From the NCBI RefSeq assembly GCF_009914755.1, contig NC_060926.1: 64,000 nt of DNA; one strand, written 5' to 3'. The position numbers and the translations under genes are program-made. Shown one piece after another: positions 41,526-55,390 of this stretch; positions within the stretch are counted from its first letter, which is position 1, and every line of letters begins with the position of its first letter. The stretch is from the human T2T-CHM13v2.0 reference genome, Homo sapiens. The notes beneath the pieces were generated by a model. It ran no database searches. It saw only the letters and a list, made by a program, of their open reading frames with translations, and was not told the DNA's origin.

Positions 41526-43866
41526 TAAAGTAGAGGTCTCTCTACAAAGTTGGCAATGAAATAAATGATGCTGATTGACTGAGTAAGCAGCCAGGTTATT
41601 CTTAAAACAAGATAATCATTCCCTTATAATAAAAGTTCATTAAACTTAAATAAAATGATTAATCACTATGTGACTAAAAACTATTTACCAAATTCGAAGG
41701 CCAAGCTGTAAAAAAAAGTTAAGACAAATAACCAGAGACATCACATAATACGGGAAAGTAAATAAAATTACTTTAGCTGTTAAGATTAATTAGCTGTTAA
41801 AATTAATTAATAAAGGACTTTATAAGTGGCTGCCTGATATTATTACCATAAAACCATCAAACTATAAGGACTACACTAGGCTCTGACATGTTTGGAACCC
41901 TTTAAACAAGTTTCTGACCCAGTCATATGTTATAATGCCTCTGGTTCTAACATCCGCTTAGAAGAGGAAATAATCTCTCACGGAAATACTAAAGGGGTTG
42001 TCACAAAAGGGAATATGTTCTCCCAGCAGCTATAGCTCAACTCAGTCCAGTAAGTACACAATGATTGGGCAAAATAGTGCTCAGAGGGAACCAAAAGAAC
42101 AACAGGAAAGCAGTCTGCAGGAAGTAGACAGGATAATCTTCCATCTTTCCCTTCACTCTCTTTTTGGCATATTAGGTTATAAAGATCATCCTTTCTCAAA
42201 TTAGTATTTTTTAGACATTGATCATGAAAGAACAGGTAATTGTGATTTTTATATTATGTGTATCTTACCACAACAAAATAAGAATGGAGGAAGTTAGTGT
42301 ATGACAAGGGTGGCATTTAAAATCAGGGCAGGGTAAAAATGGATTATTCAATAAATGGTATTGAGACAACTAGCTATTCCTCTAGAAGAAAAAAAGGAGT
42401 TTAATTCCTACCTCCACACCATTAACAAAAATTTATTCCCCAATAACTAATAGTTTAAAATGTACAAATTAAAACTATAAAAGAACTAAGAAATAAAGGT
42501 GATTCTTTTCACACTATTGAGGGGAGATGGGGAAATGGAGGTTTTCCTAAATATGACTCCTCAAAATTCCAAAACCAAAAAGACTAACAAATTGCAACAC
42601 ATAAAAATTAAAATCCCAAGCCAGTAGTGGGAGCATATGAGAACCAAACCAATTTACCCTGCAGTATTCTAAAAAAAAAAAATTCATATGAAGCAGTAGC
42701 TGATACCTTTGGAATTAAAGGTGAAACGGGTTAGGGCTGTGTATAAACTGACAAAGGAATATCTCTAAGTGTCCTACCTCACTTCATGCTATTAGGCAAC
42801 TGCCCCAGGAAAAAGACTGTAAGTTTATTCTCCAGAGAAGGTATTAATGAAACAGTCTAGACTGTGGGCATGGGAACCATACAGACTGAATGCTAAAGGC
42901 AGAGAACCCTAGTCTTCCGCCACTAAATTCCTAAAATACTGCCCTCTAGGGAGGAGAATGGGAAGGCTTTTCTCTGGAGAATCTAACCAGTCCAAGAGTA
43001 AAAACTTGAAGGTGCTAAGCTTCCCATCAAACAACCCACCCAGATCACCTTACAATCACTCCTACCACCACATTCTACAATATGCCTGAATTCAGAACAT
43101 TCCCACACAGACTACCATATACTAATTCTATCTCCACACTTCAGCCTTAACAGAAATGTGTTTAAAATAGGGACAGGCAAACCCTTGGCAGGCTTATGTT
43201 TTTGCTTAACCATTATCCTTAAAGAAGGCTCCCCTAAATCAAATATTTCCAACTGCCTCTTTATAAGGCACCCCGAAAGCAATATACCATGGAAAGATGA
43301 GTAAGTTGTAATATTTCTTTTCACAAATGTTAAAAATATCAATGTAAAAGGAAAGGTGGGAAAGCAGAATCTGCATGAACACACAAGCCAATTTCAAGCA
43401 GATCAGATTTAGAAAGAATATATACAAAAGCTGAAGACTTGGAAATTATGTCTTTAAAACTACCTACGACAGGTACACCCCCAGGAGTATGTATTCTCCA
43501 GTTTAAACACCAATATTCTTGAGGCCTGTTTCTCCATCTCCACTACTCCCATATCCTCTTACTTTGTGTCATAAAACTTGTTAGATTAACCAAAACCTCA
43601 TCCATCTCCACGGTTTTACATACCGATGTCACCTACTTATTAACAATCCTAATCCCTCCATCCCAAACCGTGCCTTTAACATTCAGATTTCTATAATAAA
43701 CTGCCTGTCTCTGAAACTATTTAGATGTCTCACAGTTAACTTAACACATCCACAATGGAACTCTTGATGACCATTTCTTGCTCTAAAACCTGTTCCTATT
43801 CCAGTCCTTCCCATCTCAATAAGTGGCACCCACCTATTTGCTAAGCCAGAACCTTGAAAAAAAAAA

Positions 43867-44150
43867 TTTTTTTTTTTTTTTGAGACGGTCTCACTCTGTC
43901 ACCCAGCCTGGAGTGATCTCAGCTCACTGCAAACTCTGCCTCCCAGGTTCAAGCAATTCTCCTGCCTTAGCCTCCTAAGTAACTGGGATTACAGGCGTGT
44001 ACCACCACACCCAGCTAATTTTTCTATTTTTGATAGAGACGGGGTTCGTCACGTTGGCCAAGCTGGTCTCGAACTCCTGGCCTCAGGTGATCTGCCTGCC
44101 TCGGCCTCCCAAAGTGCTGGGATTACAAGTGTGAGCCATGGCGCCTGGCC
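43867..44150 (-). mobile_element. Alu (AluS-like)
   Basis: Dimer with a short deletion. Confidence 0.92.
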
Positions 44151-45799
44151 AGAAAATTCTTTAACAGCTTCATTGACATATAATTGACATGTAATACACT
44201 GCACATGTTTAAAGTGTGCAAATTTGATGTTTTGACATATGTATACATATCACTACAATCAAGAAAATGAACACATTATCATCCTCCAAAGTTCCATTTG
44301 CTAAGTCAAAATGTTACAAATCTTTTTTTCTTTCATCTCACATATCCAGACTATTAGTAAGTCACATAAGATCCTCCTCCAAAATGTCTTGAATCTCCAC
44401 GATCTTCAGTGAGCCTTTAGTCCTCAACCTCCCTCACTTGAACTACCACACTCGCCTCTTAACTGCCCTCCCTACTTCCACTCTTGCCCCTGCAACTCAT
44501 TCTCCACTTATCAACTCAAGATCATTTAGAATATGCTTTAGAAACAACGAATTACTTCCCACCCCATCCTTCACTTAGAATCAAGCCACATTTTTATGAG
44601 GCCTTTGAAAAGGCCCTGTCGGACTGAGCCCTGCTCACCTTTCTAACCACCTTTACTACTTGCTGGAGCTCCTCAGCTCTTGTCACAACATTCTTTCCCA
44701 CCTCAGGTACTCTCTGCCTGGAGTATTCTTCCCCCTGCTTGTCAATTGGCTGGCTCCTTGCATCCCTTAGATCTTAACATTTCAGGCCTAAAATAGGTTT
44801 CTCAATTATATTTTAAAAGGAGCCTATTTACTTCCTGTATACAGTAGGTTATAACACAATCTGTAATTATTTTTATTTTACTTGTTTATTGCTTGCACTG
44901 CTGTCAAGAGAGTAAATACCATGAAAGAAGGAAATGCATGTGCCTTATTCACTTCCATATCATAGAACCTAGCACTTAACAGATGCCCTACAACTATTAA
45001 ATGAACATAATATGTACAAATATGGTCTCTACAGAGGAATATACATTTATTTTCCACCACTCTTAGGCAATGCCACACATTGCATTCATCTCTTTCTGAA
45101 GAAGTGATGGCACATAAGAATATTCCTATTCTTCAGTGACTTGGGATTTTTCCCTCCTTTCAAACTATCTTAATCACTGTAGGCACATGAGCATATTCCA
45201 AACCAATAATTTGGAGGTTGCTATGATGTTACTAAGGGAAGAGCCACTAAACTAGGACGACTGCAAATCAGGACAAAGGGGCAAAAGGACGTGCACACTA
45301 ACAAATACTAAATTAAAATTGGAAAAAAAAATTTAAATTCAAGAAGGCAAACAAAGGAGGACAATTTCTTAAGAAGCACCTAAACAAGTTTCCATGAAGG
45401 ACCAACAGAGTGCTTGAATGTTAGCAGATTCCCAAGTCACAAAAACAAAATACTAGAGCTGAAAGAACCTGAGATCAGACAGTCCCGCTATATTCAGAAA
45501 TCTGAGACCCAATGAGGTGAAACAGTTTACTCAAAGGGGAAAGATATGTGGCAAAGGACTATAGCCCAGTGCCTGGAACACCAAGACTAGTCTCGTTTCC
45601 CATTCCACACACAATATGTTAATGACATGTCACGTGAGGGGTTCGAGGAAAGTTGCCTAGAGAGTTCCCAATTCATTCCTTTCCTCCGGTTACTGAGCGC
45701 CTCCTACATGCCAGGCGCACTACAGAAGGTGCAGTTGATTCAGACAGGGCCACCATGACCGTGAAAAGGGTGCTTCCTCTCCCACCTCCGATAATTTTA

Positions 45800-46054
<255 letters not shown>

Positions 46055-46490
46055 TCACGAGGTAGCTAGGAGGGGTTTTCGGGTGGTCGGTTGTGAGAGA
46101 CCGCTGACAGTAAAATGTAATGAACTTCTCACTTTTAAAAAAGGGGTGTTATTGCCCAAATGAGCGCTCAGAACTTTTTTAATGGCCCCAAAGATCCCGG
46201 AGCCCGGACGCCGGGCTCTTGAGAACCCGCAAGACGACCGCCAAGGCGCACGCACAGCTCACCTTCCCGCCCGGCACGTCAGAAGACCCGAGATTCCGTG
46301 AGTGCCACCGCACCTTCCGGTTCCCGCCGGAAGTTTTTCAAACGCCAGAAGGTCCGCCTCGCTTCTTCCGGACCAAGTTAGCCACAGACCTCCAAGGCGC
46401 GGCGCTACCGAACGGGGCGGAGCCAGGCTGGACGGAGGCGGGGCTAGAGCGAGGATCCCGAGGGAGCGCCGGGGTGGGGCTGGTTCGTAG
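46055..46490 (-). promoter_or_regulatory. SRBD1: CpG-island promoter of SRBD1 with ETS sites and GC boxes
   Basis: Only extended non-Alu CpG-dense GC-rich tract in the window. ETS cores CTTCCGG 46314-46320, CCGGAAGT 46327-46334, CTTCCGG 46365-46371. GC boxes GGGGCGGAGC 46414-46423 and GAGGCGGGGC 46435-46444. No obvious TATA. A further ACCGGAAGTG lies at 46765-46774. Confidence 0.9.
46263..46340 (-). other. SRBD1: SRBD1 non-coding exon 1 (5'UTR); 5' end approximate
   Basis: Strong minus-strand donor GGGAAG|GTGAGC (GT at 46262-46261) inside the CpG island, with no ATG upstream in the exon. The TSS cannot be fixed from sequence alone. Confidence 0.75.
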
Positions 46491-47155
46491 AAATGAAAAA
46501 TGACTTTTTTTTTACGTGTTATTTACCAAGAACACTAAACTCTTAAGCCCACAGATACAGCCAAATAAATTAGATTATAAAAGTAGGGAAATAAGGCTGC
46601 TGTTGTCTACATTCGAATTTAGCAGATCAAAACCCCATGGATTTGTTTTAGAAAATTCTAAAAAGCAGCTTTCCACTGCTAATGACTTATTTCCAGGGAC
46701 TCTGAGTACTGAAGAGCCTAGCAAGTTATTGAAATGACCTGTGACCGTGCCTTGTTGCAGATCTACCGGAAGTGAGCATAGATTTTACTGGATAATTTTT
46801 GTGATTGGGGGAAAAAAAAAAGGATTCTTTCTAAATTTAGTAAATCTAATCTTCTATATCTGAGATTGTTGGCCAGGAAAGATCAGTTTCCGAGATTGTT
46901 TAGGGATTTTTTTTTCCTTTTAATTAGCACAGTCGTATGTTGCCTTTAGTGATGGTTCCAGAAGGCCTAGAATTGTCTACTACAATCACAGTCTCCTTCA
47001 CAATTTATGGTCCTGAAGAAATACTAGAGAACACCTTACCGTTCAGGATTGTGGGAAGAGAAACCAGATCATAGAAATCAACAACAATAATGTACTACTT
47101 ACTATTCACCTACTTTTGATGTTGCATTTGCTACTCAGGTTTATGGTAAGGGGTT

Positions 47156-47483
47156 GTCTTGGTCAATTTTCTGCTGCTGTAACCAAATACCATAGACTGG
47201 TAGATTTATAAAGAAAGAGATTTGTTTGGCTTGTAGTTCTGAAGGCTGGGAAGTCCAAGACAGAGGGCATTATTGTTGTGTCAAAATATGATGGAGGGCA
47301 TCATACTGGGGTAGGGGTGGGGGAGGCATGTGAACCCAATTGACTCCCGAAATAACTAACCCTCCTGTGATAATGGAATTAACTCATTCATGACCTAATC
47401 ATTTCCTAAAGGTCCCACCTCTTCATACTATTACAATGACAAGTTTCAACTTGAATTTTTGAAGGGGACATTCCAATCATTGC
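47156..47483. mobile_element. MLT1A/MST-like MaLR LTR
   Basis: TGTCTTGGTC..GGCTGGGAAGTCCAAGA..GGGGACATTC. Confidence 0.7.
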
Positions 47484-48964
47484 AGAGGTAGTAAGGGTAA
47501 AGGTGAACTAATATACTGCAAAGTCTTTTGACATAAGTCCTGCCCTGGAGGAATTTACGACCAAGAGTAGGAACCAGATACAGCCAGAGGAAACAGACAC
47601 CCAAGCAAAACAGTCTAGCTTCAAGGGTTGGGTATGCAGGTAGTAGCCTCACTACAGTGAGGAGGAGAGTAAGAGTGGGCCAGCAAAGCATTGAAGCTTG
47701 ACTTTCCTCTCCCCACAAGGGATTTTTGCCTTACAGCTGGGGAAGAAAAAAAAAATCACAAAAATAAATAGCCTGTTAAGATTTTAGACATCAGACATCT
47801 GGGGAAAATAAAATCTGAAGCAGGTTCTCTAAAATTAAAGTATGTAGGTAGTGGCCTACTCTAAAGGCCAATAAGGACTGTCCAGAGAATATTTCCCTTG
47901 GAATTCTATAAGAGAGTCACTCCCACTACACGCTGTCAAGGAAAATTTGTAATCACTTAAGTATAAAACAGGCCCTCCCACAAAAACTGCCTTTTCTGTC
48001 TAGGACATTGCCCAATCTATTGTTTACTTTTGGATCTCAAGTGCTGAATTCCAAGAAATTCATGGGTTTAGACTGAAAGCCTGGAATAATCCGGACACCC
48101 ACCTGAGACTATGCAATAGGGTTTGGGAGTAATGAAAACATGTTTTGGATTTGATGGAGGTTGTTTTATCCCTCCAAAGTATATAGCTCTTCCCATGATA
48201 TTCACTGATACATTATCATTTGTATGTTATTATCTGTTTTCAAGTCCTTCCCCTATGGGTTCTAGCTCCCCAGGGCAAATGTAATAATAATAGTAATAAC
48301 TTACCTTTATTGATTACTTACCTGTGCCAGGCACTAAGTTAATGCTTTTAGATGTATTTATGTATATAATTCACATATTACCCCAATGCAATATTGCTAT
48401 TAAACCATTTTTATAAATGAGAATACCAGGTATAAAGAAGTTAAATAATTCATCTAAGGTCACATCAGCTAATAAATTGTAGATCTGAGATTCAAATCCA
48501 ATAATCTGCTTTACTCCAAAGCAAGTACTCTGAAAGGTATCCACATACAATTTGCTGTCTATCCACAGGGGATTGGTCTGAGGACCCCCCACAGATACCA
48601 AAATTTACAGATACTCAACCAATCAGTGATAGAAAAAGTTGGCCCACCACATCTGCAGGTTCCATATCCATGAATGCAGATACAGATGGCCAGCTGTACC
48701 ACAAACTCAAAGCAAAGACCTTTTCTCGCTCCACTATGGTGGCCAGTGAGACTCTCAATGTTTAAGGTGCTCCAGAACTGTCGAATCTCTAAATACTCTA
48801 AATAAAGTACTGTCTAACCACCTGAAACATAACAAAGCTATTCTCTCTATTGGCCTCAAACTAAGTTTCATAAGAACAAAAATTCTTAATATATTAATAG
48901 ATGCAACTGTTTCACCTACTAATAGATATTTGGATCTAGGAACTAACTCTTGGTAATTTTTTAT

Positions 48965-49218
48965 CTCCCCCTCTCCAACTTCTCCCTCCACCTACACAGT
49001 GCCTAATAATGCTTAACATATAATAGGTACTCAATAATATAGTAGACTAACTCCTGGACCCAAAAACATGTCTAAAGTAAAAACAAATTTTCCTCCCCTC
49101 TCCACCTTCTCCCGCCACCCACACAGTGCCTAATAATGCTTGACATATAATAGGTACTCATTAAAAATAGTACACTAACTCCTGGACCCAATAATATGTC
49201 TAGAGTACAAACAAATTT
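48965..49218. repeat. Two-copy tandem duplication, period about 127 bp
   Basis: CTCTCCA..ACACAGTGCCTAATAATGCTT..CTAACTCCTGGACCCAA..AACAAATTT starts at 48971 and 49098. Confidence 0.92.
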
Positions 49219-49328
49219 CTCTTATGAGAAAAGTAAGTTAAAGCTCTTGACACAGAAGGTGGGTTGCCATTTTAAAAATCAAGTGTACTTATGAAAATTC
49301 AAACATTTTATCTCTGAGAGTCAATCAG

Positions 49329-49916
49329 TGTGATGGTTAATTTTGGGTGTCATCTTGACTGGATTAAGGGATGCTCAGACAGCTGATAAAACATTACTTC
49401 TGTGTGTGTCTGTGAGAGTATTTCCAGAAGAGACTGACATTTGAATCAGTAGACTAAGTAAGGAAGATCTGCCCTCACCCAATTTCGGTGGACACTATCC
49501 AATTGGCTGAGGCCCAGATAGAACAAAGAGGAAAGGAATATTTTCTTTCTCTCTCTTTTGGAGCTGGGACACACTTTTTCTCCTGCCTTTAAGCATTAGA
49601 ACTGCATGTTCCTTTGGACTCCAGGACTTAAATCAGTGTACCCTCTCAGCCCCATGTTCTCAGGCTTTTGGCCATGCAGTGAGAGTTACACCATTGGCTT
49701 CTCTGGTTCTGAGACCTTCAGACTTGGACTGAGCCCTACTGCCAGCTTCCCTGGCCCTCCAGCTTGCAGATGGCCAATCACTGGACTTCTCAGCCTCTAT
49801 AATTTTGTGAGCTAATTCCCTAAAAAATATTCTCATATATCTTTATGCTGTATTTATTACACAAACACACACACACACACCCTACTAGTTCTGTTTCTCT
49901 GGAGAATTCTAATACA
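49329..49916 (+). mobile_element. MLT2-family (ERVL) solo LTR
   Basis: TGTGATGGTTAATTTT..CTTGACTGGATTAAGGG ... CTGTTTCTCTGGAGAA..TAATACA. Confidence 0.85.
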
Positions 49917-49993
49917 ACTAGCAAAGGCAAAAATGATAATAATAATGGCTGTTTCAGATTAAAGAATGCGCAAACAAACTGAGCCCTAGTTCA

Positions 49994-50184
<191 letters not shown>

Positions 50185-51404
50185 GTATGTATTAGCTCCT
50201 ATCTCCCCTCTTTTCCCACTGTCAGACGTTCTTATTCCTAAACACTAAAGCTCTTTGGCTTCAATGACCTTCTCTGACTAATTCAGCCAGAAATCTGGAG
50301 ATTTACTGCAAAATGAAAGAGACTAGTAAACAGAGAGGGGCCTACTTCTGTTTCCCAAATGAAAAAGGAGTTTCTTATTAGTGAGGCTGACCAGGCTGGT
50401 AGGTGGGTTCTCAAATTTGGCCTGTCCTATTAACTCTTTCAATCTAGCTGGGAACAGCAGCATGACTCCAAAGTGCTAGACTAGTGCTGATGCCATTGTT
50501 CTAGCCAGAGTAACTTTGTCAGTCTTTCTTATGAAAGAGTAAAGATTCAAGAGATTAAAACCTGAGTCTTTATTAAATATTAAATGGATCTGGAGGAAGC
50601 ATCAGTTAAGGTTGAGGAAATTAATTGTACAGATTTGTCAAGGAATTGGAATCAAAGGGATTGTATACATCAAATTTATCTCACACAAAGTAAAATTATG
50701 GAAACTGCATATTGAAATACAATATAATTTGTATCTTTAGGTGAAAACTAAAATGTTCAGTGCTTTATCCTACTTATTTTGTACAAATTCCTAAGGTATT
50801 TTGTAATGAATGCAGTTATAAATAGGATTAAGACCCATAAAAAACATAAATAATAGATGAAATACCATATCTATTGCATGGTCCACTCTTCCACTGATCA
50901 CTTACCTTGCAAAGTCACTGGCTAAGAGGCATTCAATTGGTTGCAATCATGAGCAAACATATTGAAATTTTTTCTCCTGTTGAGTTTCTCATCAGTAGTG
51001 CTCAGGGACCATCTCAAAGGCCTAAAATATCTATTAAACAGTCTGAGATCCAAGTATGGAAACCCCAGAGGGCTCATTAAGATCCTGATGATGCCATGGC
51101 TGGCTGGGTTTCAAGGAAGGGATAAATGGCAGCATAATGGGGCCAGATTTATTTTAGTCAAATCTGGACTAACCACAGGTAGCCATGTCTGGATACTGTA
51201 ATTCAGAACTAAATATTATATCTAGTACCATTGGTCCATCTTCCACCTTAATAAATTGAAACTATCCTGCAAAGTGCTTGCTTGAAACATTCATCTAGGA
51301 ATGCATATTGTCAGAATTTTAGTACTAGAGCCTTCACACACTGGAATTCAAATTCAGAAAAGCATGGTGTGTCAGATCAGTCTATGTCCAAATTTGTGTG
51401 TACT

Positions 51405-52640
51405 ATTTTTTTAGTCAGGTTTATTGAAGTATAATTTACATAGAGTAAAAGTCAGCTTTTTTATTCTTGCAAACACATATAGTTGTGTAACCATCACCAC
51501 AATCAAGATATAGAACACTTTAATCATTCAAAAAAATGCCCTTTTATAGTCAATCTTTTCCCCTTCCACCAGCCCCTGGCAAACCACTGATCTGTTTTCT
51601 GTTCCAATAATTTTACCTTTTCCAGAATGTCTTTATTAGTCCATTCTCACGCTGCTATGAAGAAATACTTGAGACTGGGTAATTTACAAAGGAAAGGTTT
51701 AATTGACTCACAGTTCTGCATTGCTGGGGAGGCCTCAGGAAGCTTACAATCATGGCATAAGGCAAAGGAGAAGCAGGCACCTTATTCACAGAGTGGCAGG
51801 ACAGAGTAAGTGTCAGCAGGGGAAATGCCAGACGCTTATAAAACCGTCAGATCTCATGAGACTCATTCACTATCATGAGGACAGCAAGGAGGGAACCACC
51901 CCCATGATCCAATTACCTCCACCTGGTCTGACCCTTGAAACGTGGGGATTATGGAGATTTGGGGGATTACAATTCAAGATGAGATTTTGGGTGGGGACAC
52001 AGCCAAACCATATCAATATTATGTAAATGGAATCATATGGCATGTAACCATTTGAGTCTCATTTCTTTCACTTATTATAATACATTTGAGATTAATGCAC
52101 ATCATTGCATGCATCAGTAGTTTGTTTATTTTTATTGCCAGTTAGCATTCCATTGTGTGGGTATACCACAGTTTGTTTATCCATTCATCAGTTGATAGAC
52201 TTCAGTTGTCTCCACTTTTTGTCTGTTATGAATAATGCTGCTATGAACATCCATGTACAAGTTTTTGTATGGACAAACGTTTTCATTTCTCTTGGGTAAA
52301 TAAACACCTAGGAACAGAATTGCTGAGTCATAAGTGTGTCTTTAGTTTTTCAAAGTAGCTGTATCATTCTGCATTCCCACCAGAAATGCGTGAGAGTTCC
52401 AGTTGTACCACTTTTTGCCAGAACTTGATGCTGTCAGGTTTTTAAATTTTTTGGCATCCTAATGTGTGTATTTCATTTCCCTTATGACTAACAATTTGTA
52501 TTAGTAATGCATTTATTTGCCATCCACATATCTTCTTTGGTGAAGTGTCTGTTCAAATCTTTTATTTTTAATTTGACTTTTTGTTTATTGAATTACAAGA
52601 GTTATTTATATATTGTGAATACCAGTCCTTTGTCAAATAT
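51405..52640 (-). mobile_element. L1MB-type 3' region split by a MaLR LTR
   Basis: TTTATTGAAGTATAATTTACAT..AACCACTGATCTG..GCTGCTATGAACAT. Confidence 0.8.
51628..52015 (-). mobile_element. THE1/MST-like MaLR solo LTR
   Basis: Ends GGGGACACAGCCAAACCATATCA. Confidence 0.88.
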
Positions 52641-54233
52641 GACACCTGGCTTTAAGAGGTGTATGTTATTACAGGCAACTGCTGACATAGTAGCACACAG
52701 AAAAATGATTCCTTCGTTGACCACAAAGAAAACTTTACTATGGCCAAACGTCCTTCAAGAAGCTAGCTGACAGGTGAAATCAAAACCACCAACATTTTTA
52801 CCATATGGGAACTTTCCTAATGCCAACATCAATGTAGATAGAACACATTCTTTGCAGAAAAATGACCTAATTTCACATTGAAAGATGACAAAATTATGAG
52901 CTTAAAGTAAATGAATTTATCATACTAAAAGAATGTTTTAAAATTGGGAAAGTGGCACTTATAAGCTTTAGCAAATAATGTGGAAAGTTAGCTAAGTCAT
53001 AATGTTCATACAGTATAACTGGGTATTTTGTTTAGATTGGACCATGATCTGAATATAAGAAAATTCAGATTGTTTACCAAGAAACTCCTGTGGCATCCTG
53101 GAATATAGAGTTTAGCAGAAGTAGGTATTGCGTATACAAGGGCCTCTCGTGACTTTCTACCATAAGTTTTTGTCAGTCAGAATATCCCAGGTCTATAATT
53201 CCTGTAACTTTCAGGCCTGTTACCAGTAATCATGTAGCTAGTATGTGTCAAATTTTAATTCACCTAAGAATCACCAGGAGAGCTTTTTAAAATCCCAATG
53301 TCCAACTTTAATTTGGGATCTTGACTCCAAGATCCCAAATTAATGGGTCTAAGGTAGTTTCTACATGTCTATGATGACACCAGGTGATTCTGATGGGGTG
53401 TTCTATGCACTACAGAAAGACTGCCCTAATTCTTAGTGTGTACTTGACTTAGAAAGCTAGAGAACTGAGCTACAGCAGTATGGTTTTGAAATGCTGTATA
53501 ACATTTTATGGGGCTTACCCTTAAACATGCCCTTCCAAAAGGCAGACCAGATATTCACAGTTCCTGCTAGCCACATTGACTACTATTGTGTAGTTTATTA
53601 ATCAAAAATAATAAAAATAGATAACCCTTATAGATTGCCTTAATATTTTCAAGATATTGTAATAAACACTTTATATACTTATTTTAGGGCTTTCACATTG
53701 TTGTTTCATTTTGTTTTTTAGTTTTTAAAATAGTCGTTTGAGACAGGTGATATACTTATCCCCATTTTAAGAGGATGAAATTGAAGTTTAGGGAGTTTAA
53801 GTATTTTCCCCAAAGGTACAGAGCATAATTTATCTATCAAAACCTCAAGAACTAAAAAATAATAATAATTATATGCAGTACCTACTTCAACTAAATCTGC
53901 ATTTGTTAGTCATCTATTGCTGCAAATACATTACCCCAAAATGTTTTTTAATGTTGTAAATATTTTCAATAATCCACCGGCTCTCCTGGCAAACAATCTG
54001 CATGAGTTGAAGTCCAGAGAGCCAGAGTCAGAATAAGGAAGAGTGCATATTCAAAGATATATTAAAATAATCAATATGCCAGATTATTTCAAAGTATAAG
54101 AAACAGAATTTTGTTGTTGTTTTTTTTTTTATTTGAAAGCAGTAGACTTCATTTAGTAGACGAATAATGCTGTTAAAGTCTTTACTGGTAATATACAAGA
54201 AAGTCATACTATATTGATGGTGTCAACTCAATT

Positions 54234-54504
54234 TTTTTCTGTCACCCAGGCTGGAGTGAAGTGATACGATCATGGCTCACTGCAATCTCAACTTCCCAGG
54301 CTCAGGTGATCCTCCCACCTCAGCCTCCCAAGTAGCTGGGACTAAAAGCATGTGCCACCACGCCTGGCTAATTTTTTGTATTTTTAGTAGAGATGGGGTT
54401 TCATTATGTTGCCCAGACTGGCCTCAAACTCCTGGGCTCAAGCAATCTGCCTGCCTCGGCCTCCCAAAGTGCTGGAATCATAGGCATGAGCCACCCTGCC
54501 TGAT
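54234..54504 (-). mobile_element. Alu (AluJ-like) lacking the last ~15-20 nt before its tail
   Basis: TSD GTGTCA(A/G)CTCAATT on both sides. Confidence 0.88.
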
Positions 54505-54589
54505 CAGTGTCAGCTCAATTGAAGGGCAAAAAGAATGCTATGCCTGAATAGTGCACAGTTCAAATGAACACAAGAATAAGTCTGAATTA

Positions 54590-54663
54590 ATAGAAGAAGA
54601 AGAGAAAGATAGAAAAAAAGAAGAAGGAGGAGGAGGAAGAAGAGGAGGGGAGAAGAGGAGAAA
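54590..54663. repeat. GA-rich low-complexity tract
   Basis: Purine-rich GAA/GGA runs. Confidence 0.85.
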
Positions 54664-55076
54664 CCTCACTCAAATGTATTCCTCTTTGAATGTTTTAAGA
54701 AGTCACACAGAATTTGGACCTGAGCAAAGCCTACTTGTTCTCTGTGACCATGTCATATTTATTTCCTACAGAAACAGAAATCCTCATGAAGTTCACATCA
54801 AACATCTATGGGTTTGGTGGGGGATGAAATGATTCTGGCCATAAGCTGTTATTCTAATTCCATCAAACCTTCCTTAGTCTACATGATCATGGAGAATCAT
54901 TTCAGAGAGTTTCTTGGGTTGAGTCAGCAGGTGTCAGTGCAGGTGGGGCCATGGAGTAAATGTCTGAAAAGCAGAAAAAGTTTTGACATAATTTAGGTCA
55001 TCAAATAAATATCCTGTGACTTTTTAAGAGGATGTTTGAAATAGCAAGGTGGATGTTAATAGAAATACATATTTTA

Positions 55077-55390
<314 letters not shown>

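Noticed and set aside
46263-46340. 25 open in-frame codons with two GTGs upstream of the SRBD1 ATG (possible non-AUG extension)
   Set aside because: The stretch is short and expected by chance in a GC-rich UTR, the contexts lack +4 G, and the TSS is uncertain.
46055-46737. ORFs across and beside the CpG island
   Set aside because: GC-rich sequence is depleted of stops and the starts are non-ATG; there is no coding signature.
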